DNA from: Bugula neritina
Lineage: Eukaryota > Animalia > Bryozoa
Direction: 5' to 3'
Length of the DNA: 64,000 bases
NCBI GenBank assembly: GCA_964035545.1
Contig: OZ037767.1
Coordinates: 23,390,628 to 23,454,627 of the forward strand
Positions 9,693 through 24,000 of the stretch are shown piece after piece. Below the pieces are notes generated by a model. That model was not told the origin of the DNA. It saw only the letters and a list, made by a program, of their open reading frames with translations, and searched no databases. Numbering within the stretch: the first letter of the stretch is position 1; every line of letters starts with the position of its first letter. The position numbers were made by a program, and so were the translations under genes.

Positions 9693-12600
9693 ATGTTGGC
9701 GTTAGAGGAGCAACTCCGTGAGATGTTGCAATGCAAAATTTGCTTTGATGACAAAGAAAAGCAAAAGTTACTACCATGCCAGCATACTATCTGCTTGGAC
9801 TGCCTTAACAGATTAGCTGTAAAGGATTCCAGATATAAGTGCCCGCTATGTAATAGAGTATGTACATAGATCAACTAACAAATTACAGTAAAGTTACAAA
9901 TTGAATTTTATTCAAACTCAATTTTCTGTGTTTGGTAACGTATAAAATTAACCATGAATGTGTTGAATCAATTGGTGCAATGTAACAGTTCACATTATGG
10001 TGCAATGTAACAGTTCACATTATGGCCACAGTAAATCGAATGTGTTAGTGGAAGAAATGATCTCAGCTGCCTCAGCAGATAAATATATAGGAGAGACTCA
10101 CTGTGATATTGGTGCGATAACTGAGGTTGCTTTATTGCCTCATTCAACTATGAAAAGAGTGATTTATATTGCTTGTGCCTTCTTTTCTATGATATGAATG
10201 CTTGAAGGCGGTTTTTTCAAATTTACAGGAAATGCTGGTCCCAAATGGTGGGTTTGAGACTTTGCAGGAGAGTTTGATAACAAAGCAACTTGCTCATTTA
10301 ATTACTCCTCGTGATGATACCAGGCCACCCACGCCTTCTGCTCGGCCATCTAAAGGTAACAGTGAACTGTGCTTGTTTCCTTCAATGAGGTTGCTGTTTG
10401 ATCAGCAAGGAGTTGAAAATGCTGTTTTGTTACTCTATAGTCCATAAATATATATTGTTGTGTGAAAAATATTTTGACTAGACATTCCATAATGAGTCAT
10501 GCTTCCTTCAGGTTCTGAACTTCAAGTTGGTTTTCCCCGAAAAATCAAGGGTAACTTTTTCAGTTAAACAATGATGCAATATGTTTGCATACAGTTATAG
10601 GCAGTCCAGCTACTCCAGCTGTGCCAGAGAGGGAAGTAACACCTCCAAGTCAACTGGATGAAATTCAAAGAAACTTGAATGCAAAAATTTCCAAAGGAAA
10701 AGATGTACTAGCTCAATCCCAAAACAAAGTAGGTGTCTTATATATCTCTTTCATATGATTGAACTTGTTGAAATTCTTTAGAGGTCTTCAATAAAAATAC
10801 ACAAATTTTATGTATGACTACATCACATAATTATTCCTTAATTAAATGCATATTTCATTCATGTACTTCACTTAATATTTCACTGTGACACAAGATTATA
10901 TTGTTATTCTGTGTCTGTTTTTTAAATTTGGATGCATGTTATATGTATGCTGTGGTGAAGTGGATAGAGTGCTGGCCTAGGAAGCATTAGGTCAGGGGTT
11001 AAAGCCCAAACGCTGGTGCTGATGTTAGGAAGAGTATCCAGTCATAATTTTGCTCCTGTGCTACACTAGAAGAGTCTCAAGCCGGCTTTAAAGAGCCCTT
11101 TCTTATGTAATTTTTTTTATTTGTATGAAACAGCTATAGTTTGTATATGTGGAGATTTCTTATTTCTTTTGCACCTTTAGGTGAAATGCTACACGTCATC
11201 ATTGGATGACCTAGAACAAACAGCAGAGCGTATGAAGTCTTCCATCAACAATCTTATGGAGCAAACCATTGATAAACTTATGGCCAATGCTAGTAAAAAG
11301 GTGACTGATTGTTCCTTCAGTTTCATACACTTCTTTATTCACTGAGAGTTTGGAGGAGAAGTTCCTCAGTTCTAAAATGAAGTGACTGAGCTCAACCTCA
11401 TATTCATGTTTATGATGATTCGTTACAATGTACAACAATTTTATACAATTTTCAAGTTATTTTATTCAGACAAACTTTAAGTTTCCTTAAGAGACACCAT
11501 GAATAAAAATTCAGTGTTATAATTCAACAAATATAATTTTTAAAACATGTTTTGTCACTGAGCTTTAGAAAACTATAATACTAAATTTGTATTTCACAGC
11601 CCACTTTGATACTGCATTTTCTGGCGTAGAACTATGTAAATTATGCAAATTTGGAAAAAACTCAGGTTTAATAGCTAACACTGTACCCATAAAATTAGTA
11701 CTTGTGACATATTTTTATTACAGAACCTGGCTGAGTTGAGAAGAAGTAAAATATTTACTAAGTTTAAGTTTTTTTTTAGAGTTAAACTTAGTAGTAAAAA
11801 TAGTTTAGCTTTTATCAATCTTATCACATTTGAGGGAAAAAAAGCTTTTAGCAGTTCTTACTAATCAAGTTATGAATTTGTATCAAGACATTCAAGTTGA
11901 TTAAAATCTGCTTAAGTTTTCAATAAATTTTTAAAACCTGGAGAATAATTTATAATTGAATTTAATATCTTTTCTCTATTTGCTCATTTGCTGCTGTCCA
12001 TACAACTAAGTTTGTATTGAATCTTCAGGTTCAAGCTATTGAAGAGTTAACCCAGAAGAAGAATGAGGAGATTTTAGCTATAATATGCCAGTTATCGGAT
12101 ACAAACACTAAGACTGCTAGAGGAGTGGCGCTTCTAGAAAGAAGGCTCAACAGTCTTCAGTCCAATTACTCTATGAATTCAGTTGCTGATGATATACATA
12201 ATGCCCAGGCCAACATTTCCACTCTGGAAGAATTTATAACCAAACTTGGTGTGTAAATTATGTTACTACCAGTAAACATTACTCATGTGTTTTAGGACAG
12301 TTTTTGGTGTTCAAGTATTTATTTTCATCTGTTGGCTATATTTCTACGTATTAGCAAACGTATATCTGGCGTTCACAGTTGACCTAATACTTGCTAGCTT
12401 GGAATGATAATGCTTCTATTAAATAACATTTTAACCAAGTTAAGAAAAACTTTAAAGGTGTGATAAATTAATGTGTATGGTTTTCAAGAACGAATATTTC
12501 TTGAGCTTCCACTCTTCAAATTGGTAAACCAACTGTAAAAAATATTTTTTGTCAAGTATTAGTCAAAGTATTAAATGAAAATTTATTAATTCTGAAAAGA

Positions 12601-15600
12601 ATACTTGTATTCAACTGTAATTTTGCAATAAATAATTTGAATAGCAGACTGTCATTTAAAAAAACGATACCATACATGTTTTCTAGTTTATGTAATAGTG
12701 TAATTTATTTAGTTTCCTTCCATATGTTGAGTGATTGTATTTAACCTACTGACCTTCCTTGCTTACCATTTAAGCTATTTTTAATGCTAATTCCACTGAT
12801 TAGTATAGTGCTTGCACAAAATTTCTGCATTTTATTGAGTTCAATTTAAAAGTTAAATTGAAGGTTTAGAACTTTGTCTCTAAATCAAGTGTGTTGTGAG
12901 CTGTACTGTCAGTTAAACTTTGTCTCTATCCAATCTCACATTGTCTTGTTTCAATGAAACTCTGCCAGTTTTCATACAGTTAGTGTGCGAGTTATAAGAT
13001 TTTATATAGACCACATCCATCACTTCAGTATTTGGTCTAGTGGGCCAATTTTACACATACAGGAGTAATTGTAGGAGTAGCTGCCTCAATAACTATTGCT
13101 GAGGAGGAGTAAGTCATGTTAACTAGTGTAAGTTCTATCAGCTAAAGTAGGTCATGCTATTTGGTGTAAGTTCTATCTATTAGCTAGAGTACGTCTTATT
13201 AACTGGTATAAAGGGTATAATGTTGTTTACTTCAGATTCAGTTGCTGGTACATTTCGAGCTGGTGACAGTGTAAGATTAAGAATGGATGACGGAATGCTG
13301 GACTCAGAATTTCTGTTGAGTGATTTGAACCACTATAGTATAGGATATATACACACTGTTGATGATGACGGAGATGTGAGTTGATATGAGTATTGTACCA
13401 TACATACAGAGTATTACTTGTGTACCAAACATACAGAGTATTACTTGTGTACCGGGTACATACAGAGTACATACAGAGTATTACTTGTGTAGTACATTTG
13501 TAATATTCCATGCATAAGTGAAATTTTTTTCATTCTGTAGTGTGCTGTGCTATTTGCGGAGAATTCCAGATGGACTGGAAATATTTCTCAATTAGAAAGG
13601 TCAGCCACAAAACACACGCTGCCTGTGGTAGGTGATAGAGTGAGAGTGAAACCTTCCGTCGTAGAACCACACTTCAAGTGGGGAATGGTGAAACCAACTA
13701 GGTAAACCTGCTACTGTTTATTTACTGTAAGTTAAAGGACACCTTGAATATGCCCATACCAACCCATATCACTCGTTGTGTGTGATATGTTGAGCTTAAT
13801 TAATAAACTCATGGCTATTTATAGTCTCCATTCCTGTCAGAGCCTCTGATAAAAAGGGTTTTTAAGGGGGTTAAAGACTGTGCCCCTCATTATGCTGGCA
13901 ACTAGATTTGCAGCATTTCGAAGTAACACACTGATGCCCTGCTGAATGTTGAACTTATTTGATGTTACACAGCTGCAAAATAAATGAATAACGTCTGATT
14001 TCCAAATGTTCATGAAATGTAAAAAGGAATGAATAATCACTGTATTATAATATAAATTTAAATTATCTATATTTTCAAAAATGAGAGCTAGTCTTAAATA
14101 CTTCTAATCTAATATATAAATTTTGTGACCAATATGCATACTGCGCACCTTCTATCTCCTGTAGATGATAATGTAAAGTACTATTTTTTTAGCATTGGGA
14201 TGCTCTCAGAACTGAAAAACACAGGACCTAAGCAAGGCAGGCAGGTGGAGGTTGACTTCCCAGAGGATCATGATTGGACAGGATTGTTTGATGAGTTGGA
14301 GAAAGTGGAGGTTGAACCACTTAAGGTCCGTATTGCTTTCTCTCCTCAACTCCTTCCTCTTCTCTCCACCCTCTCTTCACCACCCTTTCCATCACCCACT
14401 TTTTTCATTTCGCCTTCTCTTTCCTTCCTCTTCTGTCTTTCACACTCAATCCCCTTACTTATTTTCAACTCCCCCTCTCTCCTTATCCCTCTTCTTCTTC
14501 TCATTCCCTTCCTTTGCTCTTCATTCTCTCTTTCTCATTTTTTTACTGCTTTTCTCTCTTTCTCCTCTGCCTTTCTCTTTGCATGCATTTATACTTTCGA
14601 GATCATCCTAGGTTTTGAATTGAAAGTTTAGTGTTATCAAAATTTTATTATACTCATGGCAATCTCATTCATTACCTAGAACTAGAACTACCTTTAGTAA
14701 ACATTTTCTAAGCAATGGTTTTTTGCTGCCCAAGCTTCAAATTTAAATTTAAATGCATTTGTTATTTTGTTATATATAAGCTATATATGTTAACCACATT
14801 TAATTCTTCAACTGTAATTGCCTTTGTATTTTTAGTATGTATATAATATCTGTTTTATGAATGCAATTGTAAGTATTGTAGTAAGCAGTGGTTACACTTT
14901 TGAGATATTTATTTAAAGTTTTTTTACATTCTTTTAAATTACCAATTCTGCAATTTTTACTCTTTTTGGAACCTTTGGCATGAGTCAATTGCAACTAAGC
15001 TTACAGTATTTTATGTACGTAATAGTGAGCACTTACTCTGGACATTTAAGAGAATGTAGCTAAATATCTCACCAACACATTTTGTATGCATCACAGTAGT
15101 TCAAGTGTGTCTCTGCTATGTAGGTAGGAGATGATGTTTGGATTGCTAGTAACATCACCGAACCGGTGAGAGGCTGGGCAGGAGTAACTGCAAATAGTGT
15201 AGGCACTTTGCTCTCTGTTCACGGGGAGGATGTGGAAGTGAAATTCCCCGAGTGTGAGAATTGGAAAGGTCTTCTGTCGGAACTGGAGAAAGTTAGACCC
15301 ATTACTGTGGGAGACAAAGTCAAGGCAAGTATTACTTGATGCAAATATCTTTATAGAAATGGAGGTTGTTAGTCAACACTAAAAATTATCTCAATCCACC
15401 AGACTTTTTGTTTCTAGTTCTTCTATACCAGTGCAAAGTAGAGTTAGTGATGAATATAAAAGGAAAGAGCAAACAAGAATAACTTGCAAATGTTATTCGT
15501 GTGATATTTTGTCACTGGAGACTTTGTTAAAGACTTGTGACTTAAGCTGCTAACATAGCCATTGTGCTCACCTAGGACAATCGAATCATTCAATTTATAG

Positions 15601-17093
15601 AGCAGAAGCTTTTAAAATAATTTAACACCAGCGCATAATAATGCTTAGTTAATCAATGTATGCAGTTTCGTTTAAGAGCTTTCTGGGAATACCCACAGTC
15701 ATATTGTAATCAACTGGTGATAAGATATTACGCTAATTGTAAAAGTCTGGGTTTCTAACTTTAAACGTTTAACTTAACAAAACTTGCTACCAACTCCCGT
15801 CTTTTATGAAAACCCAATAGATTTTTCACTGCTGAGTAAAACTACAAAGTTCTGATTAGCTGTAGGTAATTGGATGACTCACTGATCGTTGTTACATCTC
15901 TCAGATTAGTATTTGTAATGTTCTGATAAATTCTAGGTGAAGAGGTCTGTGACGGAGCCGAAGTTTGCGTGGGGTGGAATTAGTCACGACGATGTGGGTA
16001 AAGTCGCAAAAATACTAAACAGTTCTGAGCATGGTTAGTGTTCACTTTAAATCAATTAAACTTTCTATTAATGCATTGGCAAATAGATATAGTTGTCCCA
16101 AGGCTTTGGCTAGCTGGAAGATTGTAGTGTAGCCTGAATAAACAATATAGTTGGGAACTATCTTTATCTCTAAGTCTAAATGTTGACTATGATAGCAGAA
16201 TCACTGCATTAGCATAGCTACACTATTTTATCAGTTATACATGCATGTAGTAGTTATGTTTTTATCATGTGGACATGGCAATAATTTTATAAATGTTTGA
16301 ATTTTTGTTCATGTTTTGGGAGATTTTAAATATTAAATGCCCGTAACTGCAAAAACACAGAAATAGAATTATTAAAGAAGTTAGATTTAAATAATTTATT
16401 TTGTTTATAGAATTGTTTAACTCCCAAATATCCAGTTATAACATGTGTAGCTCTGTGTTTGTAGGTCAAGTGGCAAAGATAGATTTCCCGAACAGGCTAG
16501 GACTATGGCAATGTCTGATGGATGAGATTGAGATTGTTAGCCGACACACCGGGAGTGATCAGAGTAGCCGCAGAGCCAGGAGGTCTAGCGATCTTCAGTG
16601 AGTCATATTTATTTTTCTTGAAACAAGTTGAATTCTGTGGAACTGGTTGGCATTCAGACTTTCAGACTTTATAAAAAAGGAGTAAATAATTTTTTGAGAG
16701 CATTTCTAAGGAAAAGGTCTCATTTCTATCATATTTTTTTTAGCAAATTGTTATTAAAATACAGATTTAGAGGCAAGAGATTTACGAGGTTTCAATTACC
16801 ATGATGCTATTTTTAGTTCAGTCGTTGTACTGCACAAGATTGGCTGAAAACCTGCTGTTCTTTTAAAAAGATTTATTTTAAAATATAGGAATTTATTTTT
16901 AGTCTACAGCTAAAGTTGATTCACAAATTTAATAATTTCTGGCTTCAAAAATTATTAATTGTCTTAACTTAGCCAATTTTTACAAGCTTGATTTCAGACC
17001 TATGAACTATGGGTAGTGTTTGGGTTTAGTTGTGCGTAGAAGTTGTTGGCTAACATTTCTTTCTGTGTTATATTTAGATGCCCTACGCAGTAG
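9693..17093 (+). CDS. RING-HC E3 ligase-like protein: RING, Pro-rich linker, coiled coil, four HERC2/KEG-like SH3-type repeats, C-terminal CaaX (CPTQ); ~546 aa
   Basis: Phase-consistent exons 9693-9857, 10229-10355, 10601(or 10595)-10728, 11181-11300, 12029-12248, 13236-13375, 13541-13701, 14193-14325, 15124-15324, 15937-16033, 16465-16597, 17078-17093. RING CKIC...LPCQHTICLDC...CPLC. Repeats VGDRVRVKPSVVEPHFKWG...VDFPEDHDWTGLFDELEKV. Confidence 0.88.
9973..10022. repeat. Perfect 25-bp tandem duplication in intron
   Basis: TGGTGCAATGTAACAGTTCACATTA x2. Confidence 0.9.
10950..11050 (+). mobile_element. Degenerate tRNA-derived SINE-like fragment
   Basis: A-box-like TGGTGAAGTGGATAG and B-box-like GGTTAAAGCCC, followed by TTAGGAAGAGTATCCAGTCATAA, which resembles a common invertebrate SINE body. 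Confidence 0.35.
13395..13492. repeat. Intronic minisatellite (~27-bp unit)
   Basis: CATACAGAGTATTACTTGTGTACC, about 3 copies. Confidence 0.85.
14330..14580. repeat. Polypyrimidine (CT-rich) low-complexity intronic tract
   Basis: Almost only C/T on the plus strand. Confidence 0.8.
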
Positions 17094-18085
17094 CAAGGCA
17101 TGGAGATTCACAGGGCGGAGCGCTGAATATTTATTTATAAAAAACAGAAGACTTTGCTACCAGTTGGTGGCTGTCTACAATATTTTTACTTACCAACACT
17201 TTGGCAGTTTTGCCAAACTTACTGGTTTACTTTACTGATATTTTGCTGAAACTTGATGGTTGTGACATTATAATGCAGTTTATAAACATATTAAGTAGAC
17301 ATATGCTATGCTTTGCAAATGAATCACAACTGAGTGTATTAGTGATTTGGGCTAGATATCAACACATGTATATACAATTGCCGTAAAAGAATTTTTTGCT
17401 GCTATCGGCGTGACTATTGTTATAAACATTATTTTTATTCAATATGCCAATGAAGTTTTTTTCAATGGTTTTGATTCAAGTAAATTTAAATAGCAAAATA
17501 TTGCTTTTTTCTAAATTTTATCAGTTTTATACAAATTAAGATTATTTAGCTTCAATTTTCACTTATATTAAATATGAATTCTATGGAACTCTTAAAAATG
17601 AGTTCTTATTTTGAGTGATGATGTTTTTCACTTTGCTAATAAAGATAATTATTGCACATTAATAAAGTTGATCAGTAAAAGATGACTACTAACAAATGCT
17701 GTTGAATTACCAAATGGATTCATTAGCACTCCAAGTAACCACATACTAATATCTCAATATTCAAATTCAATTAGAGATATGGTAGAAGTTTGAAGTTTAT
17801 TGTGAAAGAGAAAATTGAGTAAATAAAGCCGATGTGTTTCATTGGCTGCTTGATATAATATTACACAGAAACCATTTGTTCACTATTACTATACGTTTAG
17901 TTGGTATGTGCCATCTAATTTTTCGATTTTATGTAGTCAATACTCAATAGGTCCAGAGATATTTTCTAAAATTCAGCAACCAATTGGCTCTGTTAACAGG
18001 AAAGACATTAACAGCTGTTGACTGCTGCAGATAGCATTTTCATCAGAACTATTCCGCATCAACACAGAAGATTCTTTTGACCATC

Positions 18086-21000
18086 TTAGCTGAGGGTCAA
18101 CCATTTTGGTCCGTATCTCAGTCTTTCTCTCCTGTTTCTATTTTCTATTTTTTGTCTCCTCAGCTCTCTCAGAATACGGGCTAAGCTTGGGTCAGGCTCT
18201 CTGGCAAGAGATCTGCCACTGCGGAAACTCATATCACTAGTCCCTCTAGCAAACCTGTAGCCTTGATTGTCGTATCCAATTTTCTTAGGAAACAGAATCA
18301 TTCTTTCACCATCTGGTCTTCGTACAGGTCTGGGCTGTTGATAGTTTCTGTTGAAGATAAACAACTGATAATAAAGCAGTTTAAGTGTGAACTCAGTTGC
18401 ATGTGTGGAAATAATTAAAACCAATCAAGGATGGTATATACTAACATAATATTATTTTAACTTTATAACTTTGTATAAAATTCTGCAGCTTTGAATATAC
18501 AGTGCATTCTTCAAAACCAGTAGGTTCGAAGTGAGCAAGTTTTGTCGATTTTATTTCAATCCATAGCTAAACCTCTCCCCCCTCCCTAAATTTATCACAT
18601 GCTTCAAAACAATTTAAAGTATATATATCCTAAGCAACAGGTACTTTCATTTAGCAGGGACAAATTTTAATAGCCCAAGTTTTCTAATTTCTTTATAAAT
18701 TACAGTTTGAAATCAAATTTAATTTATTCTTTTGTTACATTTAAAATTTTAAGCACACAAGCTTTTCTCAATTTCTCCTATACTGCACCTATCTCTAGCA
18801 GAGTTGACTTATATAATTAAGTAGAGGTTATGATAGTAAGAATACAGAATTAATGTCCATCTCTTATTGGCTAGGAGCTTTACATACTCATGCACTGTGA
18901 CTTTTGAAACTATAAGTCTAATAAAATAAAGTCTGATCCTGTTGAAAATGCAGTTAAATCATCTCAACCTATTGGTATGTAAGTAAGCAAATCACAATCT
19001 ATGACCTGTGTTTTCTATGTTTATGTTTAAGATATTTACTGCAAGTATCTTGATAAACTGTTTATATTAACACATCACAGGAAAATTGCAAGGTTTTTCT
19101 ACTAATTACTAGTTCCAGTGTTTGTGCTTTACCCAGGTGATGAAACACGTTATCATAACATAATGTGATGTTGAATAGCCAACAGACTAATGAACTAGTG
19201 ACTAGCTTCACCCACATTGCCTGGTCCAAAACACCAGTGGATATGTTGAATTTCGTTGCCATTAGAGATTTTATATTATATAAACAGGTCTACCTTTCAT
19301 ATTTTGGAGGAGATACCATAAGCACTTTTTGTCTGGTTTTTGGAACTTTGGTTGCTCTAAAGTTTATTTTTAGAGGTTGTCTACCTCTACCTCTCCTTTC
19401 TTTCTTCATTGTTTGTTTTGGCTTTACTGGCGTCTTTTTAGGGTTTTTTAAGCCTAACGCCTAGAAATTTGCAGAAAAGGAAGATGTTGGCTTTAACTAT
19501 ACAGACAAAATTTTAAACTATACCAAGGCTTTAAAATCTCATTTAGTACAACTGATCAAAACTTTAAGGAAAATTTGAAATTTTCAAAAACTTAATTATG
19601 GAAAACTGGCTGCCTAATGTCAAAATTATGCAATGCTGAATTGCAAAAATGTTATTACCAGAGAAAAACAGTTTAGTCTAACTCACATAGACTTGCAGCT
19701 ATGCCAAAATGATATGTTTAGCAAATTTAAAACATTAATAGTAATAATAAATTATAGCTCATGAGAAGCTAACAGGACTGCTTGTTTAAACGCTATATCA
19801 AAATTAATATCATATGGTTGTTTTGAAAAAATAGCTTAAACGTTATTAATTATTTGAACTAATTGAGATTTTTAAACAACTTTATGTTGATGACATTTCA
19901 AAATCTTTGTTTTTAAGGTTTTAAAATATCACTTTAGCTCTAACCCGATAGAACTTGGAGTCTTCTTTAGCAGTAGTTACATTGATAACTTCACCAGAAC
20001 TACCTACTAGTACTACGGGATCAAATGTCTTGTCAGAATCACTATCTACAAAGAAGTTCATGCAATTAGAATTTTTTGAACCTTATAATACAAGTTAGTA
20101 CTATAGATTAATTCTTGATAGGCATTTAAAGTCTGATATAAAAAACTGCTCAAGCTTTTTAAAAAATATAAGGAACTTTTAAAATTTTATCTAAATTTTT
20201 TTGAAATCTATAAAAGTACCATTATCTTGGCTTTTTGGTGCGTCAGCTTCTTCCTGGTTTTCGGTTTCTGCATCTTTAGTACTTGATAGTTTTTTATCTG
20301 TTGAAGGAATAGCCTCAATAATTTTGCTGGGATCTTCAGTGATTTTGTCGGGATCTTCAGTGATTTTGTCGGGATCTTCAGTTATTTTGTCAGAATCTTG
20401 AGTTTTTTCAACTTGCGGGACCACCTCAACTTTTTTTGGAGTATCATTATTTACTTCTCTTTTGGCAGTAGAAGAATTGTTTGTGGAAAATTTCGTGCTG
20501 GAGACTTTTTGCTTGTTTTTGGAAGGTTTAGTAAGCTTTTTAGGAATGTCTGGTTTTACTACTGCATCGTCATTTTTAGGAGTTGTCTCTACTTTAATTG
20601 GTTCTTCAGATCTTCTTGGCACTCTTATCTCTTTTGTAGACCTATCTCCTGAATTACAAACAGTATAAATACTAATATACTGCAATTTCTTTTATAAAAG
20701 TTGCAACAAACAACAGCCACCAAAGACATTCATTATGAGAAAATATTGTCCAATTCTGACAAAAATAAACTTTACTTATTATAAATCTAGACATGCATGT
20801 ACTGGTTACTGTAGAGATGAGTTGCCCCAGTAGCTCCTATGTAGTGTGATGTTAAGCACGCCAGCTTGCAAGTTGGAATTCTGAGGTTCAATTCCTAGTG
20901 GAGGCAGAAGTTTTTACAGTTACCAGATAAAGTACATGACAAACAGACACCAACAGCTCACAACATAAGAACTATATTATACAAACCTGCGTAAGGAACA

Positions 21001-24000
21001 GTGCTTGGTATTCTGTATTCCGTTTCACCTACTGGAGGGAGCAGAGCCACCTTCATTCTCTTGCATTTCGGATACTTTGAAGTGTTGCTCAAGACTTGAT
21101 GGTCAAGTTTGCCCTGATCTCGCTGCTTCCAATTCACCAGCATGTCTGTTAGATCTCTTTGGAGTGAATCATTGTAAGCATCACACATTTTTGCACGCTG
21201 CTCATCAGGTGTGTTGGGTTTTAGTGGTTTTGGAGCCAAAGCACTTTGCTTATAATTTTTAGTGGTTTGAGGCTTATTGTTCTCAATATGAATTTTTACT
21301 GGGTGGTTGCTCGTTGAGATTGGTGGTGCATCTTGTTGATTCGTCTTCATGCTTTTTCCTATGCTGTGAATTGCTTTCCAGATTGCTTCATGGATGCTGT
21401 TTGTTGAACTTGATGGACAATGCTTGTCAGAGGATTTGTGAGTTTTGTCTCGGTGCCGCTTTGCTCGACGCCGTTTTGCTCGTAACTGAGCTTCTTGCAA
21501 ATCCGTTCTTTGGCCAAGTTGCTGTTGGTCTAAATGATCTAGCGTACAATGCGGTTCATCTTTTTGATTTAATAATTTCTCAATCTCATCTAAATTTAGT
21601 ATTTTGTTTTCTGTTTCCAATGGTTGAACCTTTAATTGAGGAGAAAACATTTCTTTTTTATATGATTTATTTCCATATGATGGCATGTTTATTTTGGGCT
21701 TGAACACCAATCTCTGAGTTTGATTAGATGGATGGCTAGACTTCACTACTGAGGAAGGCTGCGCTTTCTTCTTTGATTTATGGCCACGGCTTTTTCCATC
21801 AAATCTATTTGCAGGGTGTTTATAATTTAGGCATGATTCTGCAGTTGAACAATCAGCAAGCTGAAGTTTCTTTCTAGGATAAGTGTGCAGACGGCTTTGA
21901 TCAAGTTGTTTTGATGAATGTGTACAAGTTTGCACGTGTTTTATGTCACTTTTACTGTCACTAGCATATTGGTGTTTTACTTCCTTACATTTGAATTTTG
22001 TTCCATGTCTTTTGATAATTGGGGAAGTTGTAACTTCAAGTTTCACACTGTTTCTTAGTGGTTGATATTGTTTTCTGTATTTTCGTACTTGTGACTTTTG
22101 AGCTCCATTGGGCTTCTTACCAGAAAGTTTATTTTCATCTCCACAAGTGGTATAAATAGGATGTTTATACTTTCTTCTAGATGGTTTCATAATACAATCT
22201 GTCAACTCACTGCTTAAAGAATCATCCTGTATGATTGTTTTAGATATTGGCCTCTTGTATGCTAGATAGTACTGCTGTGTGCTCATCCTGTTACAGTTTT
22301 CACAATTCCTGCAATTTGCTAACTTTTTGACTCTTGTCCTTTTTGATATTCTTCTGATGGTTTGTAGGTGATCACTATTTGGAATTTCCAAAGTTCTGTT
22401 TGGTGGCTGGTTTGTCATAGTGCTCTTTGAGGCTGTTGGGAGTACCTTTAGAAAGCGAGTAGTTTCACTTTCAAATTCATAGGGCTTGTAGGCCAATGTT
22501 GATTCTGGAACTATCTTGAAAAATTTTGGCCTCTGGTATGCTACAGTCACGTTAAAGAGTTGATCAGTGTAAACACATGCTGATATTAAACAGTTTTTTA
22601 TTACAGATTTTTCATAGTTGTACATATGTATAATTTAGCTTTAGTATGTACATACAAATAAATGTTTCTATAGGGTGGCTGCACATATTGATAAACTGAG
22701 AAAATACAGCAATACAATGAGAAGTTTTGCTTATGTATGTTTAGAATTGAAAAAAATCTGTACTTTCAAACCAAAAAACTTTTTTTGCATTTAATTGAAG
22801 TTACAAGTACAAAAGTATTTAAAATCTAAATGATGTAATCATGTAGTAGCAATTCTTCACAACTTTTATATTACTAAAATAGTAAAGTAAACACTCTGAA
22901 CTCTGGGGTAGCAAGTTTTGCAAAACCATTTCACATTATACTACATATCTATTGAAATACCTGTTTGAGCTTTTAGACTTTGAGAGTAGCTAGTATCACT
23001 TAGACATGAATGATCAGAGTTGTATCTTCTACTGTATTTCATTCTGGGTGTGCAAAGAGGTGTCAAGTCAGATGTGTTGTTATGTTTTGCTTTATTCCTG
23101 TTAATAAAAAGTTATAACATTTTTTTTGATCAAAATTGATTATTTTACTACTTTGATTTACTTTTGTGTCAAGTTAGTTAAGTTAGTCGCATACTATTTT
23201 AATCTTATTTGTTTTATTTGGCTGAATAACAATTTTAAATAATAATGAACTAGTAAATAACAGGAAATAGAACGAAATAACATCAAAACTAATGTTAATA
23301 TATGGTATACTGTATATTGCAACTTGTAGGGATATTTCTAATATATAGTTTATATTGCAACTTGCAGTGATAATGCTAATTTTAAAGAAGTTGAACACCT
23401 TTGCCATTCTTTGTGCTTTAACCTTGACTTCGTCATCAATCCTAGCCCAGCATTCCGGGAACATCTCTTTCCCTATAAGTAAAAGTTGTTTACACATATT
23501 TGTATAATAACCCATAAATTTATGGTTTTATGGTTTTTATTATGATGAATTTATTCATAATAATAATAATAATAATTAAGTAAACACTGCAACGGACTAA
23601 GGACTAAAAATAATCATTTTTTTGGTATTTTCAGAGCTGAAATGGTGATTGAATAAAGATACACCAAAATAAAATAGCCATACCTGGGGCACTTTAGGCA
23701 TGAAATATTTGTTCCAAATGCCTTTGAGTTTGAAAAGCAGCTGTCTATAAAGATTGAACTGCAATCCCTTAAAAGAGGCATAAAATATATAAAAATTACT
23801 CAAATACACAACATAATACAATGTCACAAAACTGTTGGTAGCAGTGTGACGAGTTCGAAAAGTCTGGTAGTCAGAAGTGTATAGACAAGTAGCATACAGC
23901 TTGCTAATCCAGTTGAGAGTAAATAGAGTTGTGAATATAAGTAGACTTTATTTCTCTAGTAAGATATGCACAGATGAATTTATAAAAATGAACTGATTCG

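Noticed and set aside
14326-14631. Apparent multi-TM extension of ORF 14125-14631
   Set aside because: Read-through into a CT-rich intron past the donor at 14326.
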